From Escherichia phage RB69: a stretch of DNA of 64,000 nucleotides. The stretch lies in the sequence record NC_004928.1. The stretch is one strand, 5' to 3'. The notes under the pieces are model-generated. The model made no database searches. It was not told the origin of the DNA and saw only the letters and a list, made by a program, of their open reading frames with translations. Within the stretch, counting starts at the first letter, position 1; every line of letters starts with the position of its first letter. Positions 9,052-19,292 of this stretch are shown piece after piece. The position numbers were made by a program, and so were the translations under genes.

Positions 9052-10467
9052 TTATGGATATGTATAGATGATACCAGTTTCCAAAGCAGTTTTATGGATG
9101 ATGTATCCATTACGTGATTCTTGAACATCAACTTCTGGATAGTCTTTCATCATCTTCTGAAGAGTGTAACGATGCAGGTAGTATTTACTATCTGGATCTT
9201 CAGTTTTCCAATCTTTACCTTCTTCAGTCATTTTTTGGATTTCATCCATAACCCACCAACCGCACCAGATGTAAGCTGAAGTACGATGTGGAAGAGGATG
9301 AACATAAGGTAGTTCACCTTCTGGCTCAATTGGAGTCTGTTCAGTAATAACAACTTCAGCGGTTGAACTAATTGTCTTTGAAGTATAGTTATCTTTAGTT
9401 AATACTGCTTCAACTTTAATTGTATGAGTACCAGCTGAGGAGGTATCAATACTGTAAGTATTAGTAGAATTACTTTCTGCTACATTGTCTTTCTTCCAAG
9501 AATACACAATATTAGTATCACCTGGAGCACCAGTAACAGATGCTGTTAAAGTTGCAGTTCCGCCAACAGTAGTATTAACTGATGGCGGAGATAAAGAAAT
9601 GGTGGCACTATTAAATGTAGCATTATTAGTTACTACTGTTGCTTCTGCTGAAATTTCTTTTGTAACATAATTTGTTGCAGAAACAGATACGGTGCATTTA
9701 AGAGTTTTACTTCCGACCTCGGTTGGAGTGAATTTATACGTAGCAGAAGTTGCATCCAGAATATTACTGTCATCCATTGACCATTGGAATGATGTAGTAG
9801 CACCTGAAGGTGCACCAGAGACATTTGCAGTTAAAGTAATAGGAACACCAAAGACCGTAGTCGGAGACTCAGGCGTAATTTTTAGTGTTGAAGAATTAGC
9901 CTTTTTATTTACAGTCAAAGAAACCGCTGATGATTCTACTGTTTTATCAACGTAATCAGTTGCAGTCACTGTGACAGAACAAGTTATAGACTTAGTTCCT
10001 TCAGATGTTGGTGTATATTCAAAGGTTGATTGCTTTTGACCATCAACAGCGACCCCGTCAACTTTCCATGTATAAGCAATAGCAGCACCACTAGGTTGAT
10101 TGCTTACATTAGCAGTGAATGTTGTTGCTGTTCCAATTTCTACTGCCGCCGGAGAAGCCGGAGTAACAGCGACGGTAGAATTATTTTCTTTCTTATTAAC
10201 AGTGATAGTTGTTGACGCTTCAGCTATTTCCGGATCTCCTGCGGAAAGTGTATTGGTTGCAACCACTTTAATTTTTTTTGTTCCTGCCGGAGAAGCAAGA
10301 GTATAATCCATTGTAGCAGCCGTAGACTCCTGTGCTATATCATCTACAGTCCAGACGTATGTAATAGTACCATCTGGAGTTTCACCTGCAGGTGTAGCAG
10401 TGAATGTTTGTGAACCTCCAATAACCCCTGTAGGAGTTAAAGGAGATAACGTGACAGTGAATGCCAT
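9052..10467 (-). CDS. hoc: highly immunogenic outer capsid protein Hoc with expanded Ig-like repeat array
   Basis: 471 aa; four tandem Thr/Ser-rich Ig-like repeats plus W-rich C-terminal capsid-binding region; position between 24.3 and inh. Confidence 0.85.
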   Translation of the reverse strand: MAFTVTLSPLTPTGVIGGSQTFTATPAGETPDGTITYVWTVDDIAQESTAATMDYTLASPAGTKKIKVVATNTLSAGDPEIAEASTTITVNKKENNSTVAVTPASPAAVEIGTATTFTANVSNQPSGAAIAYTWKVDGVAVDGQKQSTFEYTPTSEGTKSITCSVTVTATDYVDKTVESSAVSLTVNKKANSSTLKITPESPTTVFGVPITLTANVSGAPSGATTSFQWSMDDSNILDATSATYKFTPTEVGSKTLKCTVSVSATNYVTKEISAEATVVTNNATFNSATISLSPPSVNTTVGGTATLTASVTGAPGDTNIVYSWKKDNVAESNSTNTYSIDTSSAGTHTIKVEAVLTKDNYTSKTISSTAEVVITEQTPIEPEGELPYVHPLPHRTSAYIWCGWWVMDEIQKMTEEGKDWKTEDPDSKYYLHRYTLQKMMKDYPEVDVQESRNGYIIHKTALETGIIYTYP

Positions 10468-10476
10468 AAGTTATCC

Positions 10477-11145
10477 TTATTTTAATGTTACGAAAGAAGA
10501 ATTACGAGTTTCACGAATTAGAACTGATCCATCGCGATTAATATAATAAATTAAGCTAAATAATGTTTGGTGAGCAGAAGCATGCACAAAACTCGTTGGG
10601 TGAGATTTCCAATCTGGGGTTTCGGCTATCCATTGATAAATCCACCAAGGAACAGTAACATATCCTGGGCCTTTGCCTAATTTAATGAGTGTAGGACTAA
10701 AATTTTCAGGCAGAACAAAATTTACTTCTTTATTTACTTCTGGCTCAGGCTCTTTTTCAGATTCAACAACCTGAGTAATTGCTTCTTCGAATTTATCATG
10801 GTCGAATTCTTTTTCTTGTTCGACAACTTCTAATACTTCAACTTGTTCTGTTGGAGAATCAAACAACAGAATAGCTTCTTCTTTAACTTCTTCGTTGGTG
10901 AAATTAACACCGTCCACATCATCTGCGGCAGTAATTAAATCAGTAATAGATAATCCATCAGTTTCAGGTAATGGTTCATCAGCCAGTGCGTTAAGAGCTT
11001 CTTCGATATCAATAACAATATTATCGAACGATTTTGTTTTCTTAACACTAATGCCAAATTGTTCTGCATATTCAAACAGTTTAGCTTTAGCTTCCTTTTT
11101 ATCAGAAAGAGCACGTAACTCTTCAATATAGTCTTTATCGATCAT
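10477..11145 (-). CDS. inh: prohead protease inhibitor Inh-like protein
   Basis: 222 aa acidic protein at T4 inh position. Confidence 0.7.
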   Translation of the reverse strand: MIDKDYIEELRALSDKKEAKAKLFEYAEQFGISVKKTKSFDNIVIDIEEALNALADEPLPETDGLSITDLITAADDVDGVNFTNEEVKEEAILLFDSPTEQVEVLEVVEQEKEFDHDKFEEAITQVVESEKEPEPEVNKEVNFVLPENFSPTLIKLGKGPGYVTVPWWIYQWIAETPDWKSHPTSFVHASAHQTLFSLIYYINRDGSVLIRETRNSSFVTLK

Positions 11146-11158
11146 GGTATTTCCTCAT

Positions 11159-11166
11159 TATAAATA
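11159..11166 (+). promoter_or_regulatory. late promoter-like TATAAATA upstream of uvsW
   Basis: Exact TATAAATA. Confidence 0.5.
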
Positions 11167-11195
11167 TAACTATATTTATTACATGGTAATTTGAC

Positions 11196-12710
11196 ATGAC
11201 TGACATTAAAGTACATTTTTATGATTTTAGTCACGTGCGCATTGAATGCGACGAAAGTACGTTTTACGAACTTCGTGACTTTTTTAGCTTTGAAGCTGAC
11301 GGGTATAAATTTAACCCAAAATATCGCTATGGGCAATGGGATGGTAGAATTCGACTTTTAGATTACAATCGTTTGTTACCATATGGACTTGTAGGACAAA
11401 TAAAAAAGTTCTGTAACAATATGAGTTATTCTGTATGGATTGACCCTAAAATCTTTGAGACCGAAGACCTTACCAGGGAAGATTTTGACGCGTGGCTTTC
11501 TAAACAAGAAATTTATTCAGGCAACGCCAAAATCGAACCACATTGGTATCAAAAAGATGCCGTATATGAAGGTCTGGTTAATCGTCGTCGAATTTTAAAC
11601 CTTCCGACATCAGCAGGTAAATCACTAATCCAAGCACTTTTAGCTCGATATTATCTAGAGAACTATGAAGGTAAAATTCTCATTATCGTCCCTACAACAG
11701 CATTGACAACCCAAATGGCTAATGATTTTGTTGATTATCGCTTGTTTAGTCATTCGATGATTAAGAAAATTGGCGGTGGTGCTGATAAAGCGGACAAATC
11801 TAAAAACGACGCTCCAATTATTGTTGGCACATGGCAAACGGTAGTTAAGCAGCCTAAAGAATGGTTCTCTCAGTTCGGTATGATGATGAACGATGAATGC
11901 CACTTAGCAACAGGCAAAAGTATTTCTTCAATCATCTCAGGATTAAATAATTGCATGTTTAAATTCGGTTTATCTGGCTCATTAAGAGACGGAAAAGCCA
12001 ATGTAATGCAGTACGTAGGTATGTTCGGCGAAATCTTCCGTCCTGTTAGCACGTCTAAATTAATGGAAGACGGACAGGTAACTGAGCTTAAGATTAATAG
12101 TATTTTCCTTCGTTATCCAGACGAATTCGCCACCAAATTAAAAGGTAAAACATACCAAGAAGAAGTTAAAATTATTACCGGACTAAAACGTCGTACAAAG
12201 TGGATTGCTCAACTTTCGGTAAAATTGGCTAAGAAAGACGAGAACGCCTTTGTAATGTTTAAACACGTTACACACGGTAAAGAAATATTTGAAGCTATTA
12301 AAGAGCTTGGATACGAAAAAGTTTATTACGTATCAGGTGAAGTTGATACTGAAACACGTAACGCTCTTAAAGTCATGGCAGAAAATGGTAAAGGCATTAT
12401 TATTGTCGCATCATATGGAGTATTCTCTACCGGTATTTCAGTCAAGAATCTTCATCATGTTATTTTTGCTCATGGTGTTAAATCAAAAATTATCGTACTT
12501 CAAACCGTAGGTCGTGTGCTTCGTAAGCACGGTTCTAAAGCTGTTGCTACAGTTTGGGATCTCATCGATGACGCAGGTGTAAAACCTAAATCATTAAATA
12601 CTAAAAAGAAGTATACTCATCTTAATTACTTGTTAAAACACGGTATTGATCGTATCCAACGTTACGCTGATGAGAAATTTAACTATGTAATGAAAACAAT
12701 TAATTTATAA
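11196..12710 (+). CDS. uvsW: UvsW helicase (SF2 ATPase)
   Basis: 504 aa; Walker A-like PTSAGKS, DECH box; TATAAATA at 11159-11166. Confidence 0.93.
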   Translation: MTDIKVHFYDFSHVRIECDESTFYELRDFFSFEADGYKFNPKYRYGQWDGRIRLLDYNRLLPYGLVGQIKKFCNNMSYSVWIDPKIFETEDLTREDFDAWLSKQEIYSGNAKIEPHWYQKDAVYEGLVNRRRILNLPTSAGKSLIQALLARYYLENYEGKILIIVPTTALTTQMANDFVDYRLFSHSMIKKIGGGADKADKSKNDAPIIVGTWQTVVKQPKEWFSQFGMMMNDECHLATGKSISSIISGLNNCMFKFGLSGSLRDGKANVMQYVGMFGEIFRPVSTSKLMEDGQVTELKINSIFLRYPDEFATKLKGKTYQEEVKIITGLKRRTKWIAQLSVKLAKKDENAFVMFKHVTHGKEIFEAIKELGYEKVYYVSGEVDTETRNALKVMAENGKGIIIVASYGVFSTGISVKNLHHVIFAHGVKSKIIVLQTVGRVLRKHGSKAVATVWDLIDDAGVKPKSLNTKKKYTHLNYLLKHGIDRIQRYADEKFNYVMKTINL

Positions 12711-12735
12711 GGGCTTCGGCCCTTAGGAGATAAAA

Positions 12736-12966
12736 ATGGTACTTGAATTTAAACAATTTTTATACGAAGCATCTATTGACGAATTCATGGGTAAAATTGC
12801 TAGTTGTCATACCTTAGAAGGGCTTGAAGAATTGGAAGCTTATTATAAGAAACGTATAAAAGAAACGGAATTAAAAGATACAGATGATATTTCTGTCAGG
12901 GATGCCTTAGCAGGTAAGCGTGCCGAACTTGAAGGCGACGATGAGGATGCGGAAGAAGATTTCTAA
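12736..12966 (+). CDS. uvsW.1: UvsW.1-like small acidic protein
   Basis: 76 aa ORF with RBS AGGAGA, directly after uvsW. Confidence 0.75.
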   Translation: MVLEFKQFLYEASIDEFMGKIASCHTLEGLEELEAYYKKRIKETELKDTDDISVRDALAGKRAELEGDDEDAEEDF

Positions 12967-13023
12967 TTAAAAAAAGGCCCGACCTTTTTGGAAGGGCCAA
13001 AAACCATAGGCAAAAAGGTAACA

Positions 13024-13191
13024 CTATAGTAAAAGTTGGGTTTCGTTCAATTGCTCTTCTGAACTTTCTGAAACCGGCAATTGTTGTACATAATTATAAC
13101 AAGGACCAGGATGTGCTGGACCTTTGTCTGTTTCAACAACCAATGCAGAATCGATTGGAGTTTTACAGACAACACAAATCTTATCTGACAT
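13024..13191 (-). CDS. small Cys-containing protein (55 aa, CxxC..C)
   Basis: Hand-translated minus-strand ORF MSDKICVVCKTPIDS...; below the 60-aa track cutoff. Confidence 0.35.
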   Translation of the reverse strand: MSDKICVVCKTPIDSALVVETDKGPAHPGPCYNYVQQLPVSESSEEQLNETQLLL

Positions 13192-13316
13192 GATTGTCTC
13201 CTCTGAATTATATATATCTATTTATAACCCCATCTTAAAGCGCATTTCTTGTACACGCTTTAAACATGCTTCCATTTCTGCTAAAAGTCTAAATACTTCT
13301 TTATAATTTGTCATAT

Positions 13317-13544
13317 TTACCCCATATCTCTCATATGCATATCAATGCCCATATCTTTAGAATAAAAATATTCATCAAGATATCCGGCAAATTTTCCTTT
13401 AATATAAAGGACATCTTCACCACACGGGTGGTTCGTCAGAATACGAATATCCTGACGTCGTAGACGATACTTTTCCATTAAGAATTTAATTTCTGTTTCA
13501 AATTCTTCATCATTATTAAAGGCATCTTCAATTGAATAACGCAT
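13317..13544 (-). CDS. hypothetical protein downstream of uvsY
   Basis: 75 aa ORF, stop/start adjacent to uvsY. Confidence 0.6.
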   Translation of the reverse strand: MRYSIEDAFNNDEEFETEIKFLMEKYRLRRQDIRILTNHPCGEDVLYIKGKFAGYLDEYFYSKDMGIDMHMRDMG

Positions 13545-13957
13545 TATTGCCCCGCTTCAAATTCTCGCATATCTTGAATATGTTTAAGTGCAAAACTACG
13601 AGACTTAACCGCATCAAGTGCACCACTACAGAACTCAAGTAAAATTCCCCAGTATTGTAAAGTAGTCTCTATTTTAAGCACATCTTTATCTGCGGCCAGG
13701 ACAGTTTTCATTTCAGATTTCTCGTATCGGTCCATACTGAATTCATCACCATCACCTCGTCCCGAGTAGTAGTCTAATCTTGCTTTTAGAGCAGTTTTCT
13801 TCTGAGTCTCTATACGCAACATTTCTTTACGAATAAATGAGTGCTTACGTAGCCATTTGCTGTATAACTTAACATTATTCGCCGTCTCATATTGCAACTT
13901 TGTCGTATCAATAGCTAAGTCTGCGTCTAACTCTTCCTGTAAATCTTCCAGCTTCAT
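13544..13957 (-). CDS. uvsY: recombination mediator UvsY
   Basis: Track ORF 13544..14038; from internal Met (MKLEDLQEEL) 137 aa matching T4 UvsY length and sequence. Confidence 0.9.
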   Translation of the reverse strand: MKLEDLQEELDADLAIDTTKLQYETANNVKLYSKWLRKHSFIRKEMLRIETQKKTALKARLDYYSGRGDGDEFSMDRYEKSEMKTVLAADKDVLKIETTLQYWGILLEFCSGALDAVKSRSFALKHIQDMREFEAGQ

Positions 13958-14037
13958 AATATTCTCTCTTTTAACTAATAATCTCCCGGCTGTATCGGAA
14001 GGACCTAAAACCATTATACATAGGTTGCCTTGAAGCA

Positions 14038-14436
14038 TTACACTCTATTGCTTGACGCTAACTGAAGTTTAATTTGTTCAATATCGTCAGGGTTGTCTAC
14101 GACCGAAAATCTAATCTCTACTATAACCGTATAGTCGTCATATACCGGCGTTACACTTACAGAAAGTTTGTCGATGCGTGGCTCATAGTTACGAACAGCT
14201 GCCTGGATATTACGCTCAATCGTATCGGCTGTAAGTGGTGTCATATTCTCGAAAAGTTCATCAACCAAATCGCATCCAAATTCAGGGTCGAAGGGGCGTG
14301 AGCCTTTTCTAGTTGTCACTATGCCAAGAAGACTATTTTTAATAGAACGAAGTCCTACAGAACGAGCAACGTCCTTGTTCCAATCCATACGCATTTCTGG
14401 GTCGATATCTGAATAAAGTTTATTGATATTAGACAT
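14038..14436 (-). CDS. 25: baseplate wedge protein gp25
   Basis: 132 aa, near-identical to recalled T4 gp25. Confidence 0.95.
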   Translation of the reverse strand: MSNINKLYSDIDPEMRMDWNKDVARSVGLRSIKNSLLGIVTTRKGSRPFDPEFGCDLVDELFENMTPLTADTIERNIQAAVRNYEPRIDKLSVSVTPVYDDYTVIVEIRFSVVDNPDDIEQIKLQLASSNRV

Positions 14437-15062
14437 TATAGTAACTCAAAGAATTCTTTGAGGCCTCGTATTGTGTGAACGTGTGACGCCCCACATTTGG
14501 GACATTTAATAGGGGTTGCCAGATAAATTGATGGCGACACCAAAAGATTTTTAATATTGATCATGTCATCTTCTGTTATAAGGCCGTAAAGGTCGTTTAT
14601 TTCTGCTTCAGTTAAATCTTCAACAGGGATGGACTCTCCATTGACAAAAACAGCCTCAATACATGAAGCAATCATTAATGCGATATTTTTATCATCAAAT
14701 AATTTAGGTTGACGGAACTTAATTTTAATACCGCTGAACGAATACCAGGGATCGGCCTGTTCATCTAATTGAGTGTGCAATAAATTCATATAGACTTGAA
14801 ATGAATGCCCACAGGAACAATTCCAGGTGTGTTCTTGATTCACTTCACCTAATGAATGTGCCCACAGATTTACCAACAATAACTCGGCTTCTTGTTTAGT
14901 CAAGTTTTTAGCGTTAGAGCAATTAGTGATAATATTGTTCACTGCTGATTCAATAGTACCGGTAGCCCGCGCACCTATGAGTCCTAAATATTCTTTTAAA
15001 GTAAAGGCTCTACAATTCACTTCTTTATCGCCTAAACGTACGGTAAACGTATATTTGTACAT
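14436..15062 (-). CDS. 26: baseplate hub protein gp26
   Basis: 208 aa; position and T4 similarity. Confidence 0.88.
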   Translation of the reverse strand: MYKYTFTVRLGDKEVNCRAFTLKEYLGLIGARATGTIESAVNNIITNCSNAKNLTKQEAELLLVNLWAHSLGEVNQEHTWNCSCGHSFQVYMNLLHTQLDEQADPWYSFSGIKIKFRQPKLFDDKNIALMIASCIEAVFVNGESIPVEDLTEAEINDLYGLITEDDMINIKNLLVSPSIYLATPIKCPKCGASHVHTIRGLKEFFELL

Positions 15063-15080
15063 GTTAACTCCTTTATTGTG

Positions 15081-15092
15081 TATTTATAAATA
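15081..15092. promoter_or_regulatory. overlapping divergent late promoters for gp26 (minus) and gp51 (plus)
   Basis: TATTTATAAATA gives TATAAATA on both strands between divergent genes. Confidence 0.55.
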
Positions 15093-15109
15093 ATAGAAAA
15101 GGAGTAATT

Positions 15110-15865
15110 ATGGCTAATATAATTCGTTGTAAATTACCGGATGGTGTTCATCGTTTTAAGCCGTTCACTGTGGCGGATTATAGAGACTTTTTACTAGTTA
15201 GAAATGATATCGAACATCGTTCGCCGCAAGAACAAAAAGAAATAATTGCCGATCTGATTGATGATGATTATTTTGGCGAGTACCCTAAAACATGGCAACC
15301 ATTTATATTCCTGCAAGTTTTTGCAGGCTCTATAGGCAAAACAAAAGTTCCCGTTATTTTCACTTGCCCTAAATGCTCTAAAGAAAAAACTGCACCATTT
15401 GAGATATATCAAAAAGAACTAGTCGAACCTGAACTTGATGTTGCTGGTATAAAAATACGTTTTTCTTTCCCTGAAAAGTTTTATGACAATAAAGCATTAA
15501 TGATAAGTGAAAACATAAAAGAAATATATTATAATGATGAATGGTACCCATGGAATGATTTGACTGAAGAGAACCAAATCCAAGTAATAGAAGCAATAGA
15601 CATTGACTCGCTCGAGAAGGTTATTGCTTCTATGAATCCTATTAATTTGACCCTTAGATTAGGTTGTTGTGAACGTCATGTTAAAACATATACTGATATC
15701 TTAGAGGTTTTTAAATTGTTAGTTAACCCTGATGAGATTTTTACATTTTATCAGATAAACCATTCACTAGTAAAGAGTCAATACACATTGGATTCTATTA
15801 TGCAAATGATTCCTGTTGAACGTGGTATTGCTTTAACATTAGTAGAAAAGGACCATAAAAAATGA
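15110..15865 (+). CDS. 51: baseplate hub assembly protein gp51
   Basis: 251 aa; divergent from gp26 across a late-promoter region. Confidence 0.88.
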   Translation: MANIIRCKLPDGVHRFKPFTVADYRDFLLVRNDIEHRSPQEQKEIIADLIDDDYFGEYPKTWQPFIFLQVFAGSIGKTKVPVIFTCPKCSKEKTAPFEIYQKELVEPELDVAGIKIRFSFPEKFYDNKALMISENIKEIYYNDEWYPWNDLTEENQIQVIEAIDIDSLEKVIASMNPINLTLRLGCCERHVKTYTDILEVFKLLVNPDEIFTFYQINHSLVKSQYTLDSIMQMIPVERGIALTLVEKDHKK

Positions 15866-17034
15866 CAGTATTCCAACGTCCAGGATATCCTAACTTAAGC
15901 GTTAAATTATATCAAGATTATTCGGCTTGGCAAGAAAATAGATACGTTGAACTCGCGGCAACAATAACAACTTTAACCATGCGAGATTCGCTATATGGAA
16001 GAAATGAAGGGATTCTTCAATTTTATGACACTAAAAACATCCACACTAAAATGGATGGTAGACAGATAGTCCAAATCTCTGTTTCAAATTCAAACACACC
16101 TCTCCAAGTTAGAACTCGAATTTATGGATGTAGACATTATTCTGTGTCTGTAGACTCAAAAGGTGACAATATTATTGCAATTGAGCTTGGAACAATACAT
16201 TCTATAGAGAACCTTAAATTTGGACGGCCATTCTTCCCAGACGCAGGAGAATCTATACGTGAAATGTTAGGTGTCATATACAAAGACCGTACGTTAATTA
16301 CTCCGCCAATAAACACTATTAATGCTTATGTTCCTGATATTCCTTGGACAAGCACATTTGATGATTATTTGGCATATGTCAGAGAATTAGGACTTGCTAC
16401 AGCGAGTGATAAGTTCGTATTCGTATGGCAAGATATTTTAGGCGTAAACATGATTGACTACGATACTCTTATTGGCCAGGAAGGCATTAAGATGGTTGTA
16501 GGCGAGCCAAATACCGTAGGTCAGTATATTCAAGAGCTTGAGTATCCATTAGTATGGGATTTTACCTGGATGACTAAAGCTAACCAATTTACAAGAGACC
16601 CTATTAAAAACGCCACGGTATTCGCCCATTCATTTTTAGATACATCTATTCCGGTTATTGTTACAGGTGATGGTGATAACGCTATTGTTGTGTCAAGATC
16701 CGGTGGATATTCCGAAATGACCTATCGTAATGGATTTGAAGAAGCAAGTCGTCTTCAGACAATGGCTCAATATGACGGATATGCTAAATGCACTACTACA
16801 GGTAATTTTAACATAACGCCTGCTACTAAAATTATATTTGTTGACCAAAAGAACCAATTCAAATCTGAATTTTACGTAGATGAAGTTATTCATGAGTTAT
16901 CAAATAACAACTCACAAACTCATCTGTACATGTTTACCAACTCAATGGTGTTAGAACCTGTTAACCCAGTTAAGGTTAAAAATGAACTTAAATCTGATTC
17001 TACCTCTAAAGAAAATAATTCTACCACAGTCTAA
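15862..17034 (+). CDS. 27: baseplate hub protein gp27
   Basis: 390 aa; T4 gp27 similarity. Confidence 0.93.
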   Translation: MTVFQRPGYPNLSVKLYQDYSAWQENRYVELAATITTLTMRDSLYGRNEGILQFYDTKNIHTKMDGRQIVQISVSNSNTPLQVRTRIYGCRHYSVSVDSKGDNIIAIELGTIHSIENLKFGRPFFPDAGESIREMLGVIYKDRTLITPPINTINAYVPDIPWTSTFDDYLAYVRELGLATASDKFVFVWQDILGVNMIDYDTLIGQEGIKMVVGEPNTVGQYIQELEYPLVWDFTWMTKANQFTRDPIKNATVFAHSFLDTSIPVIVTGDGDNAIVVSRSGGYSEMTYRNGFEEASRLQTMAQYDGYAKCTTTGNFNITPATKIIFVDQKNQFKSEFYVDEVIHELSNNNSQTHLYMFTNSMVLEPVNPVKVKNELKSDSTSKENNSTTV

Positions 17035-17515
17035 TAAAAAGGTAATGATTCCCAAATTAGGGCTCAAACATTATAATCTTTTAAAGGACGTTAAAGGTCC
17101 TGACGAAAACATGAAAATCTTAGCTGATTCTATTTGTAAAAATATGAGTCCCGCAGATTTTGATTTTGCATGTCTACACATATTGGAATTTAATAACAAA
17201 CTTAAGTCTGAAGTTGAAAAAGACGGATTCACATATAAACTAGATGACGTCTATGTATGCCAACGAACAGAATTCCAATTCCAAGGCAATACTTTTTATT
17301 TTAGACCCCCAGGCAAATTTGAACAATTCGCTACAATCAGTGAAATGCTATCAAATTGCTTAATAAAAGTTAATGACGAAGAGAAAGAAATTTCTTTCCT
17401 TGAGATGCCTGCTTTTGTAATCAAATGGGCAGAAGACCTTTCGACAACTATTGCTATTCCAGGCCCTAATGGCCCTATTAAGGGTATAGCAGAAATTATT
17501 GGATTGCTTGAATGA
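16982..17515 (+). CDS. 28: baseplate hub distal subunit gp28
   Basis: 177 aa, overlaps gp27 3' end. Confidence 0.8.
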   Translation: MNLNLILPLKKIILPQSNKKVMIPKLGLKHYNLLKDVKGPDENMKILADSICKNMSPADFDFACLHILEFNNKLKSEVEKDGFTYKLDDVYVCQRTEFQFQGNTFYFRPPGKFEQFATISEMLSNCLIKVNDEEKEISFLEMPAFVIKWAEDLSTTIAIPGPNGPIKGIAEIIGLLE

Positions 17516-19284
17516 AACCTGAAGAAATGAAATCCATGCGTAGAAATAAGGTCATTGCCGATAATAAACCACAAAAAGTAGCTGCAACAGCAGCTACCGA
17601 TTCATTAGAAGCATTGAATAACATTTCATCAAAACTAGACGATGTCCAAGCTGCGTCTGAACTCACATCACAAAGTGTAGAAGATAAAGGCAATGGAATT
17701 ATTGAATCAATTGGAGACTTAAAGAATTCGACAGATAATACTGCTGAAGGCACAGAGCTTATCGCAGAAGTTATTGAAAAACAAACTGAAGTCACTAAAA
17801 GTATAAACGAAGTTTCTAGTGCAATAAGCTCTAAGTTAGACCGATTAGCTACATTATTAGAGCAAAAATTACAAACATCTACCGCTATTCAAAATACAGG
17901 AGGCACCTCTCTTGAAGTAATTGAGAATGCAATACCTGTTAAAGTGGTTGAGAATGAAACTTCTGATGAGTTGTTTAAAGCATTCCCTACACCTGAAAAG
18001 ATCGATAATAAGCCAGACGAAGATTTCTTCCCAACGCCGGTTCAAGAAAGTGCTAATTCTACTTCCGATTCTAAAGGCGGGATTAGCTTTAAATTGAGCG
18101 ATAAAATTGCAATGCTCACCAAAACAGTTCAAACCGGGTTTAATAAATCAATATCAATTTCAGACAGAATTGCTGGAATGCTTTTCAAATACACTATAAC
18201 GGCTGCTATTGAAGCAGCAAAAATGGCCGCACTTATTCTTGGTATTGTTATCGGTATTGATTTATTGATAGTCCATTTCAAATATTGGACAGACAAGTTC
18301 ACTTCTGCCTGGGATTTATTTGATGAAAACTTTACTAAATTCTCCGATGAAGCTAAAGAGTGGGGTAAATTCTTAAGTGATATATTCACTTCTATTGACT
18401 CGATAAAACAATTGTGGGAAGCTGGAGACTGGGGTGGTTTAACCGTTGCTATTGTCAAAGGTGTAGGAACAGCATTAATGAACTTAGGTGAACTAATTCA
18501 ATTAGGAATGGCTAAACTCTCCGCATCTATATTGCGTGCTATAGGTTTTGGTGATACCGCGGACGAAATAGAAGGACGTGCTTTAGAAGGATTCCAAGAA
18601 ACTACTGGGAACAAATTAAAGAAAGAAGACCAAGAGAAAGTCGCCAAATATCAAATGAAGCGTGACGACGGGGAATTAGGAACCGTTTCTAAAGGTCTTG
18701 ATATGTTACAACGCGGCAAAACATTCGTTACTAACTGGGTTCGTGGTAATGATAATAAAGAAGAGTTTAGTACAAGCGATGAGCGTGCTGCGGAATCGGC
18801 AAAATTAAAAGAGTTACCTGAAGAGGAACGTAAAGAGGCATATATAAAAGCTAATGAAACTCGGGCAGCCTTAGTTAGATTTGAGGATTATATCGATAAA
18901 ATCGATATGACTAATCCGGAAAATGCTAAAAACGTTGAGAAGTCTTATGCCGATTTAAGTAAACTTATTAAAGACCCTGAACTTAATAAAACTCCTGTTG
19001 TTAAAAAGGAATTAGATGCTAGATTTGAAAAGCTAAATAATAAAATGGCTGAAGCCAAAAAGGCTCAGACAACAGTTAAGCCTGAATCTTCGTCTAAATC
19101 TCCGGAAGCAAAACAAGTTCAGTCAATAGAGAAAGGACGTGCTTCTGAATCTAAACAACAGCAACCGGTAGCGACGATTAGTAATACAAATAATGTCGTC
19201 AAAAAGAATACCGTAGTCCAGAATATGACCCCTGTAACAAGTACAACGGCTCCTGGAATTTTCCATGCCACCGGTGTTAATTAA
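17512..19284 (+). CDS. 29: tail tape measure / baseplate hub protein gp29
   Basis: 590 aa, same length as T4 gp29; central hydrophobic segment. Confidence 0.9.
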   Translation: MKPEEMKSMRRNKVIADNKPQKVAATAATDSLEALNNISSKLDDVQAASELTSQSVEDKGNGIIESIGDLKNSTDNTAEGTELIAEVIEKQTEVTKSINEVSSAISSKLDRLATLLEQKLQTSTAIQNTGGTSLEVIENAIPVKVVENETSDELFKAFPTPEKIDNKPDEDFFPTPVQESANSTSDSKGGISFKLSDKIAMLTKTVQTGFNKSISISDRIAGMLFKYTITAAIEAAKMAALILGIVIGIDLLIVHFKYWTDKFTSAWDLFDENFTKFSDEAKEWGKFLSDIFTSIDSIKQLWEAGDWGGLTVAIVKGVGTALMNLGELIQLGMAKLSASILRAIGFGDTADEIEGRALEGFQETTGNKLKKEDQEKVAKYQMKRDDGELGTVSKGLDMLQRGKTFVTNWVRGNDNKEEFSTSDERAAESAKLKELPEEERKEAYIKANETRAALVRFEDYIDKIDMTNPENAKNVEKSYADLSKLIKDPELNKTPVVKKELDARFEKLNNKMAEAKKAQTTVKPESSSKSPEAKQVQSIEKGRASESKQQQPVATISNTNNVVKKNTVVQNMTPVTSTTAPGIFHATGVN

Positions 19285-19292
19285 GGATTATT

